Position numbers and translations under genes: made by a program. A stretch of 64,000 bases of DNA from Convolutriloba macropyga. Its lineage: Eukaryota. Shown here in pieces: positions 23,381 through 35,905 of this stretch; position 1 is the stretch's first letter; the number at the start of each line of letters is the position of its first letter. The notes below the pieces were generated by a model that was not told the origin of the DNA, made no database searches, and saw only the letters and a list, made by a program, of their open reading frames with translations. The DNA lies in the NCBI RefSeq assembly GCF_964194025.1, contig NC_134469.1:66960001-67024000 (forward strand), written 5' to 3'.

Positions 23381-23901
23381 TTATTAGTTGCCGTCAGCCT
23401 CTCACGACAATGTTTTGGTAGCGCTTTATAAAATTTGCTTTCTGTTTTCATCGCGTTTTTGTTTTAGATTAGTCAAGATTTTCAGGCCTGACTTATGACT
23501 TACCTCACTCACTGTTTTAACTGAATGGGTTTTCACGCATTGAATTAAGCAATGTAGTGAATACGGTTAATCTCAAAAGAGCAAAATTAAAAGAAATGGG
23601 ATAAACCGATAAAGCCCAGTCATTAAGTCATAGTGCATTAGATGATCAAAGTTTATTAAAGCAATTGCTAGCTGGCATTAGTATTATGATGCCTAATAGT
23701 GTTCAGTTTAGAAGCTGAATTAAGTATAGTTTTTGAATCTAACCGAATAAGCACAATTTGCACAACAAATGAGAATACTTTGTCACTTAGAATAATTCTG
23801 TCAATTTCTATCTCTTAGTTTTTTTTCGTTTTCTGTTTCAATCCCAATGTGCGTTGAGTGGGTCAACGGCGGCTATTTTCCGGCTATTTGCCGGCTATGT
23901 T
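23381..23901 (+). mobile_element. HINE family A element
   Basis: Degenerate 5' end (ttagttgccgtcagcctctc). The internal gggataaaccgataaagccc motif is shared with about 13623 and about 49803. 3' end cggcggctattttccggctatttgccggctatgtt. Confidence 0.65.
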
Positions 23902-25176
23902 TGTTCAAGCACCCTATCATTGATAGATTTTGGAATTCAGAGTTGAATAATAAGTGAATTTCGTGCAAGTACGATTTTATAAACGGATGCTGCTAACGAA
24001 AGATGGAACTGTTTGTAGTAGAAGAGTACTCAGATTTTATGAGCGCATGTGACATATGACGTAAACCTACTCGTGTCTGTGCGCAGTCATACAACCATAG
24101 CGCAAAGCTATGCACAGCCTGATTTCGACTCTTTCCAGCTTTATTTCCACTCACAGAGTTAGCACAACTTTTCCCTGCTACGGGGTTAGCTCTAAAAGCA
24201 CAGTTAGGCGATTCAACGTAAAATGTAGAATTGCGTCCAAAAATTTAGCGAAAAAGTCAATTTAAAGAATAGGCTGTGCTTTGATCGAATTTGTTAATTA
24301 ATGTGCTCAAGAAGAGTTTCTCATTCGAGCGGAACTTTTTGTTAACTCATATGATAAAGGATGAATCTGCAATGATGATATTGTTTGAATTTCTCTCATT
24401 CTAGCAGAATGTTGTTTTCACGCTTGATGAGGCTGGATCTCCAGTGATGAGTGTTTGAGTTTTTTGACGCAATAGAGCAAAATTTCTAGAAAGAAACTGT
24501 GTAAAATGTGTTGAGACAACGGACCACTGTTTCTGAGTGAGGTTTAATTATGCTTCTCAGATGACAAAACAATCTAAACGCTTTAGGTTTTTAATTATTG
24601 AGGAGTTTGGAAGAAAAAGCCTGCGAATACAAAAACATGAGGAGAAAAGAGTTAGCGATACTAGAATGGCCAGCATATACTTTGTATTTGACTAAAAGTT
24701 TACAAAAACAGTTTACAATAGTTACAAAAACACTTTTTGAGGACATTTTCGGAAGAAAATCCGATTGACAGTTGGGACTAATTTGACCTCTTAAAAGCTT
24801 TGTATTAAAGGTATAAAAATTGTCTTTTAAACGTTGAAACGACTGAAGGTGTTAAGACTTTTAGTTTGATAACTGATTCGAACTTAAAATAAATGTTGTT
24901 TGATATTTTTCTTAGAAGCTGTACGTGGACGTTATTATAGTGTTGACATTTTGTAAAGCGTAATAGCAGACGAGACAAGATATCATATTAAAAAAAGCTT
25001 TACACGTTTGCAAAATTTCAAATATCTAAGGTCACATCCACGCGATGGAGAGGAAAGAATCTTGGAACGTGTCGTTTGGGTCTATCTTTAGTTAATTGAG
25101 CCAATATTTGAGCAATGTGATGAAAGATTTCAGAGTAACATGCAGCATCGTTCACCACTAAGATGATTGGGCTGTC

Positions 25177-25218
25177 ATGTATCTACGAAAATATCAGAAC
25201 TCAGAAACTATACGACAG
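25177..25218 (+). CDS. Ankyrin repeat and SOCS box (ASB-type) protein, coding exon 1 of 4; join(25177..25218,25692..25842,27812..28402,37862..38064), 328 aa
   Basis: ATG preceded by an in-frame TAA; encodes MYLRKYQNSETIRQ; donor CAG|GTGAGG is phase 0 and in frame with the next exon. Confidence 0.65.
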
Positions 25219-25691
25219 GTGAGGGTGTAAAACACATATTGAGCTTGCAGCAAATATTATTCACAATGTAGTCTTTTTTATTAACTGTTTTCCTAATGTG
25301 ACTAAAATTCTATTCATGTGGGCGGGTTCGTTAATTCTTTTTCCGATAGCCCAAAACTAATTCAGATCAGACAATATATCTCACGATAAATTGAACTCAG
25401 CTCAATTGTACCTGGAGGGGGAAGAGGAAAAAGGGAAACAGTCTTTCTGATCAGTTTTGTAAAGTATCAATTTGAGGTGTTGCTATCTATAAACTAACTG
25501 ATTGTTTGTCAGTTTAGAGATGAGATGGTTGTCCGAAATTTCACGTTGAAATTGAAGGGAAGTAGTGGATATGTTTTTCAGCTCAAAATTGTCTTGCTCT
25601 TTGTTGTTTACATCACTGTGGAAAATAAGTTAACAGCAAACACGTATTTGCATGATTTTCAAGGCCTCTCTGGATTAATTGTTTGTTTCAG

Positions 25692-25842
25692 ATCATCAAG
25701 AGCAACAATGCTCAGAGGCTGGAGCATGAACTACGAACCACTCCTGAACTACTAGACATCATAGCCAGACACGGACTTAGGCCCATCCAGCAGGCCATTG
25801 TTCAAGGAAGTGTGACTCTAGTTCAGATTCTTCTCGAGCATG
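25692..25842 (+). CDS. ASB-type gene exon 2 (ankyrin repeat)
   Basis: Acceptor tgtttcag|. Encodes IIKSNNAQRLEHEL...HGLRPIQQAIVQGSVTLVQILLEH, with donor G|GTTTGT. Splicing gives the canonical ankyrin junction LLEHGADI. Confidence 0.85.
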
Positions 25843-26718
25843 GTTTGTGAAAATCAAATTGTGATTTCCTCAGCATTTAGTGTATGTTATTGAATTGCTC
25901 TTCGATGAAGCTCGGACCAAATATTTGGGCTCTGAAATCGATTTTTCGTGTGAATGTTAGGCTTTTCGTATGTCCTTTCTCTGCTTAACTTCTTTGTTTT
26001 TGGGTGATCTAAATAATGCTCTCATTCAGAAGTTAATCCGCTATCTTAATGCGCAGTAGTTTTACTACTAAAAGTCTAATCAACGCACCAACGTTCTTTA
26101 TTTCGAATCTTAGTGATAGTTTATACTAAGCTCTAACGCCATAATTCTAGCCAGCTTAGTGATATTATAACCGTTGCCCGACTGAAGCAAGGCACAATTG
26201 AACACGCTTGTCGTTTGAGAGCAATTCCTGCGACATTATGGGGTTATGTTTTGTATATTAATCCGCTTCGATTTGAAATTAAAAGTTTTTTTTGCATTTT
26301 TATTGATTTAGCTGGTTTATTTGTCTATTACGAACTTATTGCCCATGTTTAACTCCTCAGCTAATGGTAAGTTTATAGACTAGAAATCTAGATGTTCGAA
26401 TTTTCGAGCAACAATAATTTTTCAGTTTTAATGCAGTCGATTTATTAACAACCGCAACGCAATAGCTGAGACTTCTGTTGGCCTTATCTTGGTTTCTGTA
26501 CGATAAAAAGAGGAATTTGGTTTTTTGCGGTCTTTTACGACTCTAAGCTGTGTATTGGTTTTCTTGGGTCTTTTTTTTCTTGGGACTTTTACTCTACGTG
26601 AAATGACTGACTTTTCGGGTTTGGAAAGTGTTCTTGAGAAAATGGGTCATAAAGATAATCGTTTTTAGCCGGCTTCATTTTTTTGCTCGTTTTTCTTTTT
26701 GTAGAAACATATTTTCTA

Positions 26719-27095
26719 TTAATTGTCCTCGAACGAAGTTCGTAGCAATTATTGTAAACTTGTTGATCTTTTTTATGAAAATTGTTTGCTTGACCGTTTC
26801 TCGAGTTTTTCTTCTAGAACAATCTTTGACCTCGCAAGTGACTTTTTCACGCTTTCGTTCTTCATTTTTGAGTGATCTCTATTGCTCTCACTCCGAAATA
26901 AAGCTTGTTGCTAAAATAAAATTGATTGCAGCATAGCAACAAGAAGGACCTGATAGCCGAGTGGGCATTGCTCCTGGTGAGGGATCGGGAGGTCCATGGT
27001 TCGTTAACTATTTTGCACCCATAAAGAGAGATTTATCTAGGCTACAGCCCCCGAATTAATTTGCCTCACAATTCTTCCGACATTAGTTGGTTTTT
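26719..27095 (+). mobile_element. HINE family B subtype carrying a tRNA-like (A-box/B-box) segment
   Basis: 5' aattgtcctcgaacgaagttcgtagcaatt; A-box TAGCCGAGTGG at 26954-26964; B-box-like GGTTCG at 26998; 3' caattcttccgacattagttgg. Confidence 0.6.
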
Positions 27096-27811
27096 GTTTC
27101 ATGCTGCTTCAATATTTAACCCTCTGAAATTTTTTCTACAATAATTTGGGACCTCAATATAGAGTTTCAAGTTGAAAGTAAACTCATATTTCTCAATTTT
27201 TAATGTCAATTTTTGAATTTTTTTTTATTTTTTATTTTTGAGCGGACTGTTTTGCAATTAGTGCATGTAACAACGTCCGTTTAATTTTTCTTGCATTGCA
27301 GTCCTCTGTTTATAACGTAAGGTGATTGTGTTTTACAAAATTTAAATTAAGTAATCCTATTCTGGTGGTAAATTAGAGTTTTTTTTAAAAAAAGCAGTTC
27401 GGGTTTTATCAAACTATCTCCTCTGTCTTATGCATTCCAATTTTTACTTTTGAATTTGTTTCTCGTGAATTTTCTCCCGGTCCGTTTTCAAGCTTAACAG
27501 TTTCGGATATTGTTAACTTTGCCAATATGTTTCTAATAAGACAATAATAAAGAGATAAGGTCAACTGATTGTATGTAACTGATTGTGCTAACTGATTGAA
27601 GGTGTTATTTTAGAGCAGCTATTAAACGCAGCATTAAGTTATACCGCCTCTGAATTAAAATATAACATCTCTTTTTAGGTCTGTTGTTCAGATTGAACAA
27701 AGCTATGGCAGCTATTTTCTGGCGATCTGCCAGCTATGTTTTCTTCATTATCGAATTGGTATTACATTAGTTTTCCATTCTGATAGTTTTGAAAGGATTC
27801 CTTATTTTAAG

Positions 27812-28402
27812 GCGCTGACATAACCGTTCTGAAACCAGATGGGTCCTCTCTGTTACACCTTGCAGTGCTTAACTCGAGTTTGGAGCTGGTGCGATTGTTG
27901 CTCAGAGCAGGTTGTGATGCTCGACTAGCCGACGAGAGAGGCGAGACGCCTCTCTTTCTCGCTGTCCACTTGAACGACTTGAAAATTGCGAAAGATTTGC
28001 TGGACAATCTTGCTGACCCTTTAGTACGAGATGCAAATTGTTGCAATGTATTTCACTTGTGCGCTTTGGGAGATAAAGCTCAGGAACTTATTGTGCTGTT
28101 ATGTGAAGCTGTTGGGGATGAGAAGAGTTTAGAAACGGCGCTTTGTGCTTCCTGCTTACGGAGCGAGTTTTCCACGGAGAAAACAAGTAGTCCCATCGAA
28201 ACGGCGATTTTGACAAAATCTATTACTCCTCTAAAGGTGTTTTTATCATTTCTGTCATCTGATGTCCTCAATTTGCGATTCCAGTGCCTCATTCAACATT
28301 GTATCAAGACCAAAACTTCCCTTGAGATCATTGAAGTTTTAGTGGAGGCTGGCTATAACTACAGACGAGAACTATCTGGGCTCAATTTGGACGACTTTTT
28401 CG
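27812..28402 (+). CDS. ASB-type gene exon 3 (ankyrin repeats)
   Basis: Acceptor ttttaag|. Encodes GSSLLHLAV...LLRAGCD, GETPLFLAV and NVFHLCA. Donor G|GTGAGT is phase 1. Confidence 0.9.
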
Positions 28403-28848
28403 GTGAGTTTTTGACATAGTTGTGATTGAACTGTGATCTTGTAATGATTTATCCTCTTCAAATGAGCTTCAAGCAGTAATAGGGCAGCTTTGTAATTTGT
28501 CTGCCATCATGTTATTCCAAAAATTAATCTATTTAATTTTATTTTTTTTTAAATTTAATTGTTTAAAGTAATATTAATGAATGCTTGGATGATTTGAGGT
28601 TACGTTTTTTTCCAAATTTCTTTAACTTTTTGGTGATAATCTAATAATCCAAATTTTTGGTGATCCCGCATATTGAGCAATATCGGATGTTGTAAAATTT
28701 ATTAAAAAATTTGGCCGACAATGTGCTGAAAATTGTGCAGTATGTTATTTTTATAGCGTCACATAAACTTAGCGGAAGCTAGTGTCATAAATGTTACTTC
28801 CTTTGGTAATTTTTGTTCATTGATAGATCAATAATTCTTAATAATTTT

Positions 28849-29930
28849 TTAATAGCCGCCGTCAGCCTCTCAAATGGCTATTTTTTAGGTGCTCTCCTTT
28901 TTTACAATTCAAAGAAAGTGGTTTTGCGGCGTGAAATTTTTCAAATTTTTCTGCTCTAATTTTAGAGTGAGAATACTGTGCTTGAACAAAAATTTGCTTT
29001 CTCGGGAGTGGTTTTTGTTCACATGCGTCAATTTCACTTTGATTTTTTACTGTTCTTTTCGATTTTTTGGATCTGATTGTTTTAAAATGGTTTTTCTAAT
29101 CCATTTATAGTTCATTCCAGACCTAGATTTTTGTTTGAACCAAATTTCCATTCCTGGATAATGGATTTTTTGTTCACATGCGGCATTCTTACATTGATTT
29201 TCTGTTTTTTTAAAATTTTTTAGAAATGGTTTTCCCAATTCACTCATAGTCCGTTCTAGCTCTAGTTTTTTGTTTAGTCAACGAAAATTCTTTGAATTGT
29301 AAGTCAGGACTTATCCTGCTATGTTTTTTTTTACAATTCAAAGAATTTGAATTGTATTGGGGCGCTGTCTTTTTTTAAGATCTGTTCACAGATTGTCATG
29401 ATTTTTGAAGTCAAATTGGAGTAGTGATTTTGGTCACGCCGAAACAGGAAGTGGAGCGAAAAAGCGAGTGGTTTTGCGGCGAAATTTTTTCGCTCTAAAT
29501 TTAAAGTAGAGTGAGATAACGGTGTTTGAGCAAAATTCGCTTTCTCGCTGGTGGTTTTTTTTGTTCACATGCTGCAATTTCACTTTGATTTTTACAGTTT
29601 TTTCGATTTTCTTGATCTGATTTTTTTTCTAAATGGTTGTCCCAATCCATTCATAGTTCGTTCTTGATCTAGTTTTTTGTTTAGTCAATGAAAATTCTTT
29701 GAATTGTACGTCAGGACTTGTCCTGCTATGTTTTTCTTTAAATTCGCCTTTTGATCACGTTTTTCGTTTTACATCAGTCACGACTTTCACGTTTGACTTC
29801 TGATTTAGCTCACTCACTGTTTCAACTGAATGCTTTTTAAATCCTTTCACTCAATGATCCGATAAAGCCCGGTCATTAAGTCATTGAGAATTAGGTTATC
29901 AAAGTTCATTAGAGTGTTTGCTAGCTGTTT
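28849..29930 (+). mobile_element. HINE family A element with two head-to-tail family D elements nested at 28902-29325 and 29331-29732
   Basis: A 5' end aatagccgccg...ggctatt. D 5' end is ttacaattcaaaga; the D 3' end tctttgaattgta + hairpin caggacttRtcctg + ctatgtt occurs twice. A-type internal sequence resumes after 29740. Confidence 0.7.
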
Positions 29931-31027
29931 GACAAATTTTTCTATAAATTGAAATAGGTAATTGTTTTTTCCTGCTATTTTCTTAGAAGTTGTTTTTCAT
30001 GGAGTTGCCCTTATGGTTCTACAATTGAATATGCAAAAGTTGTTATTTGCTTCGAATAAAATTCGAAGCACTTAGTAGAACCGTGGGTTTTATGCAAATT
30101 TTCGCTTGAGCAGTTTGACTTTTCTGAGTCACTTTTGCATCTTTGACTTTCTGAGCAGAATGTGATTTTGTTTTCAATAGAAATCGATGGAAAGTTGCAT
30201 AAAAAGCTCTGATAATGTAAGTTGAAGTCACGATGTGAAACTATAGACACCGTTAAAACAAGCTACAATCCTCCTCTCGCATGAAGCGTGCTGCAAAAGA
30301 ATAGAGAGCATATTATCAAAGAGAGTTGAAATTGAAGTTGAGAAATTGAGTTTTTTATCTGTTCAAATTTTTGGCCTCTGCTGATTAAGGGGAAACACCG
30401 CAATGATGGACAATTTAAACAAAAAGTTGCAAAAAGAAGTGTGAGTTAAATAAAAATGACATTCAAGGTGAACGGATTTGAAATAATGATAATTCACAAA
30501 TTTTTGAACTACAACATTCCCTCGCGAAATGCAGGACTTTCTGCAATCACGTTCCAAAGTCTTTTACGTGCCATTTCCTTTGCACAAAAAAAGTAACTCT
30601 GAGCATTGTGGTCTTTCCGAAACAACATGGGTCGGAATCCTATCACAGTTGCCCTTTTGGTAAGGGATAAGTTTTTGTCAACCTAAATTTCTTTCTGAAA
30701 GTATCTTGGATCTGCTTACAATTGTTAGAGAAGTTAACCCTACTGTTTTTCTAGAGATTGAACGAGATATGGCAACCAAAATTCAGGATGGGGGGATTTT
30801 TGGGGCGGTTTTGGTGGGAGCGTTTTTCTCAATCTAACTAGAAATGTTGTTGATTTTTTTCCCTGAGAGGAGAGCAGCGGTACCAATTTATGGAGAAATT
30901 AGCATGAGAAGTGCCTTAAATGTGGCAAAAAAGCCGAGTTCATATGTTCCGTCAAAACCAATTTTTGTTTGCTGATTTCTCCACTTCTATGGAGTGGATC
31001 GAGTTTAGGTTTGGCTCCTTGTTCTTT

Positions 31028-31741
31028 TTAATAGCCGCGAAGCGATAGCGGCTATTATTGGGGGCATCGTGTTTTTTTTAATTCGTCGTCGTCTCCATCG
31101 ATGATAGGGATCTATTCTGTTTCGGCCCCCCAGCTTAGTGAGCTTATATTTTTTACGCCCACAGGCGCACGTGCTATTTTCTTACATAGTAACGTGCTAT
31201 ATAACAACATATAATTTGTAACTGGGGGTCATAAAAAGCACTGGGGGGGGGGCGAAACAGAATAGATCCGATGATTCTTACGACCTGACTTCTTGGAATT
31301 GACTTTTTCAATGACTTCAGTGACTTCTACTGCTTTGCAGTTAAACTTCGTGTACGTGATGTCATTTCTGCTTTTATGTCAATTGCGTGACTTACCTCAC
31401 TCAAAAAATGACTTCTGAACTCACTTATGGAACTTTAAATTTTATGAACATTTACTAGTTAATAGTGTGCATATAAGTAGTGCCAAACTTCTATGCCGTA
31501 ATACTTGATTATTAGTCTTGAGTTTTTGATTTCGAATATCAATTTTGAAAAAGCTCCAGGGTTTTTTTTTCCTTAAAGACCGTATGTGTCATAAAAATGA
31601 CAGTCCGAATTGACCCGAAAGGTCTAGATGTCTTAAAGGACTGCTGGTCGACCTGTCTATCTTATTCCTTTAGTTGTTTCAATTCATGGAAGGCCACAAG
31701 CGTCTATCGCGGCTATTTTCCGGCAATCTGCCGGCTATGTT
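31028..31741 (+). mobile_element. HINE family A element (complete ends) interrupted by a MITE
   Basis: 5' ttaatagccgcgaagcgatagcggctatt; 3' cgcggctattttccggcaatctgccggctatgtt. Confidence 0.8.
31108..31269. mobile_element. 162-bp MITE (GG...CC termini; possibly Merlin-like)
   Basis: TIRs are ggatctattctgtttcggccccccag and ctgg(g)ncgaaacagaatagatcc. Flanks gatgatag / gatgattc form an imperfect duplication. The homologous site at about 51920-51945 lacks the insert. Confidence 0.75.
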
Positions 31742-34237
31742 TTTTAAATGGAGCTTTACAGCCATATGTCTAACATAATATCAGTTCCCCCAGAAAACGT
31801 CACTTCTATCTGAATCCCAATGTTCCGAAGTTATAATACGATCTAGCCCTTATACCGGATGAGAGGTAGAAACATCAAGTAGTGGAAGTTGGCATACTTA
31901 CTTAAATTTTCGTTGAGATTGTCGTTACTAATAAGAGCCAGTTAGGACAATAACTGGCGTTTTTTGAAGTTTTGAGGAACTTGTGCCCCGTGATTTGCAT
32001 TTGTTTAAAAAAATTTTGTTGTTTTTGGATTTTTGTGCAAAATTGAATTTGTTCCCGTGCGACTAGGCTAATATTCTTTCAACTTGCTATAGGTTATATT
32101 TATGTTGAGGTTTTCAAAAATATAATTCTCATTAAAATTGGCTGGATTTTTGTTTAATGCGAGCTGACAATTTTTGGAAAAATTAGGGGTTATGGGCTTC
32201 ATTTGTACAATTGATAAACAATAAGCTTCTTTGATAAACGACCACCGCTTCCGAACAGCCAAAACGTTAAATTTACAGCCCTTTTTTATAACAATTTTGA
32301 GGCCGGAAACATTGTTTACGGCCAACTTTTTTTTCGGGTAGCTCACCCGCAAATGGATCCCACAAAATGACTCTAATTTTTGCATCCCGTGTCAAGAAGA
32401 AGAATTGTAGAGCTTTAAAATGACCTATATATAACTTATTTTGAGCTACTTTTAGTTGACTTATCGAACCATCAAACACAAATGAACTTTTGCAAAAAAA
32501 ATGGCCTATATATTTTGGACAAATTAAAAGTGTTCCTGGACGTTTTTTGCAATGAAATTTATATTCATGTAATCTAGAGCTTAAATGTTTTGCAGTCATT
32601 CTTGTTTTATGATTGTTGCTATCAGTTCAAGCCTTCAAAATCGTTACACTTAACATAAATTTTTGGACTGTAAAACGAAAGTTGACGGTTTTCACTACGA
32701 GTGATATTTATATTCACTCAAAGGAACTCAGCTTTATATGACGGTAAAGAATAAATGCCGGTTTTTCAAGTAAGCCGTATATAACCTTATTTGAGTCAAA
32801 ATTTGAGTTCAATGCTTGCTCTTTATTAGATCTTCACAGAAAAAGGATGAATGGCTAGTCCGACTAATGAAAAGTGGTCAGAAATAGCTACTTCTTAACA
32901 AGTCATAATTGCTTCATTTTTCTCTTTCTTTTGATACTGTTTGGAAACCTTATAGCTAACAGTGATACAGAAAAATATTTTTGACTACAAACTTTTTTAA
33001 AAGAGCTGTAAAGTGAGCCATGTATAAATCAATTTGAGCCATTATTGGTTCCGTTTTGGTAAAAACGAATATTAGTGACTTCTTGTCTCTTATTTACTTA
33101 ATTACTCCAGGTACCCTGAAAGTACCTAAACGGCGAAAACGTTTTTTTTATCCTCGCAGTTCTGTCTATACAACAACTTGACAAAAAGTATGACCCGCTT
33201 GTGACGCTTTAATAAAAGTGTTTGGAAACAGTGTATGAAGAAAGTCAATAAGTGCTCCATTTTACTCGTTTACTCCATTCTCTGCTCAAAATTTTTGGCC
33301 CATTAACTCTGCTAATGAAGAGGTAACACCGGACAGATCGACAATGTAAACAAAAGTTTGCACAAAGAAGCTTGAGAATGAAAACAACATTGACCGTGAA
33401 CGAATTTAAAATGACTTTCTGCGGTCCTCAGTTTTTTTTACGTGCCAAAGTCCATTGAACGAAAATGTTCTCTGTGCAATTAGGTCTTCCCGCTGCAACG
33501 TGGCTCGGAACAAGAATTAGAGACTGAGGTATTTTCGGTGGTGTGCAATTAATCGTTTGGAGAGTAAATACTTTTCATCATAATTTTAGCGGGATTGAGT
33601 TAGGCGAAGCTATTTCTGATATTTAAAAGATTTTATTATTTTTTGAAATGATGTATAGCCGATTTGTTAGACACCTGAAACTGAACACTGAGATAACACA
33701 GGATTGCCTGAAATGTTTGAACACCACATGAAGTTCTAAACCAAATATTTCATAATGTGCAATAATCTTTTGAAGTTAAATTTAAGACAGAATAATGATT
33801 GTGAGACAATAAAACTATCACTACTTTAACACTACTGAATAAAAAAACGACGATAAGAAATTGACAACATCAAAATTGTTCATGTACTAAACCTCCTTTT
33901 TTGAGGAATGGTTATTTACCCAAAGCTGAGATAGTCAGCTATTATAGGCCTTCACCACTGATTTTTTTTTACGACTCGAAAAGAAGTATTGGATTTGTTG
34001 ACTTTTTGAAACCGGAAGTACTATTTCTCCAGCCGGCATTTTGACTTAAAAGCAAAGATGAGAAAAATTAACTTGTGAGCAAGGTTTCTCATATTTTTCT
34101 ATTTTACATCATTTCTTGGATTTTTAAATTGATTTTGATTTTTGGATCTTTTGAGCGGAATGTTTGTAATTAATTAGTGTCTATGGTAACGTCTCTTTGG
34201 TAATTCATGCATTGATTTGCTCTGTTTTGGTTATTTT

Positions 34238-34560
34238 CTCGCGAGCAATATTCGATTCAATTATTGTAAACGTGTGTCTTGCTCGGCTGTTTTTTTTTGG
34301 AAGTTTCTTTGGACTTGACTAATAGAATTGCCATTTCACGCATGATTATACTCTTTTAGTCATTTGAATTGCCGGCATTCAGAGAATGAATCTTTTGCTA
34401 AAATAAAACCGAGTGTGAGCAATGACTCTAGGTAGTGCGTGTAGCTTAGAGGTTAATGTCAGTCACGCTTAGAGATGAATGCCTCTCACCCGAGAGGTCG
34501 CGGTTTCCAACTCCTCGCCAGTGAGAAGTTTTTAAGCCATAAGATCTTCTCGATTGTATG
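34238..34560 (+). mobile_element. Degenerate HINE-B/tRNA-like segment
   Basis: B-type caattattgtaaacgtgtgtc 5' region, A-box-like TAGCTTAGAGG at 34442, and gagaggtcgcggtttc resembling a tRNA variable loop/T-arm. Confidence 0.4.
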
Positions 34561-35503
34561 CCCGTATAAAATCGTTGCCTATAGATTAAAAAGCCAATTT
34601 TTTTAGCCATTAGGCTGCAATTTAATTTTTGTGGTAGGAACAAAAAATGACTTGAATTGTACCCAAGAGTCCACTTGACGCTGTCAAGTCTTCATTTATC
34701 CCTGTCAGTTATCTTTATATGATTTTATCTTACAGAGACAATTTTTTAAAACATACAAAAATATGTCGAGCATTTGTAGTATTTCAGTTTAGTTCAATCA
34801 CACCATTATGCCAACCATTATTGACGTTTTCCGCGCCTAATAGCTCTAAACTAGTATGAATAAAACAATGAAGTTTTTTGAGCGCCGAAGCTGCAAGCTG
34901 AGTGTTGCTACATTATGTTGATCTTCGTTCTTACAAGGCGAATATTAATTTTAGTTTTTTGAAGTTTTCTTTTTACGGAAGTACCATTTCGATCAGACGG
35001 CGTTTCGACCTAAAAGCAAGAGTGAGTAAATTTGCCATGTGCGCTAATTATTTCTGAACTGGAGAAATTTTATGTTCATGCACTGCGATGAGGTCAGAGC
35101 ATGGCTAGTTTACGCATGTAGATAACCGTTTTAGGCCGTTTTTGTCCAGTTCTCGATTTTTTGTTAGAAATGTTTTTATTCGAGGCTGCACTGATATGTA
35201 AGCCTATGAAATGCGTTATACAGTGATCTTGAGAGGCTTATAACGCGTTTCACTTGCCAAACTGGCTCATATTTCTCAATATTTCGCTTTTCAATAATTT
35301 CTTTAGGTTATGATCCTTGACCGGTTTTTTTATGCAGCGTATTTGGCAACATACCTTTGACAAGTTATGCATTGATCGCCCCTCTTTAGGCACTGCCAAG
35401 GACTTTAGTTGTGTGTTTTGGATAATTTAATTCTCTTGCGTCAAATGTGGCTAATTGTTCCGTTTTTAAATTGCGATTGTCAATTAGCGCGGATTCGAAT
35501 CTT

Positions 35504-35905
35504 TTAATTGCTCCCAAACGAAATTTGTAGCAATTATATCATTCCTGTGGTCTTATTTATGCAATGTTTTGCTCGACAGATTTTCGCGTCTGACCCTTGA
35601 CTTTGCGTGCTCAAGAACACTGTAACAGGTGGCGCCCATGGGACTAGCTCACTAGTCTCACTCATCCCCCAATCCCCAATCCTGCACAATGTTCAGGCCG
35701 CGAGGACGTGGGCCCCGTGCATCCAAAGCCCCCCCCATCGTTGCGTCATCAATTACCCTTCCCAGTGCATCCCCCACGCTGAGCTCACTGAACACCCGTT
35801 CAATTATTCTAAAGCTGGCCTTTCTAAACCGTAGCTAGCTACTGACGAAGGCAACCTCTCACCGTTCGTTTGAGAGCAATTCGCCCGACGTTAGTCGGTT
35901 ATATT
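35504..35905 (+). mobile_element. HINE family B element (complete ends, C-rich core)
   Basis: 5' ttaattgctcccaaacgaaatttgtagcaatt; 3' ttcgtttgagagcaattcgcccgacgttagtcggttatatt. Confidence 0.75.

Noticed and set aside
26945-27015. Functional tRNA genes here, at about 34440 and at about 62775
   Set aside because: No convincing cloverleaf or acceptor stem and degenerate B-boxes; they lie inside repeats, so treated as tRNA-derived repeat sequence.
30000-33400. Short ORFs and possible transposon pieces in ASB intron 3 as extra exons or a nested gene
   Set aside because: No recognisable domain, and ASB exons 3 and 4 already join in phase.
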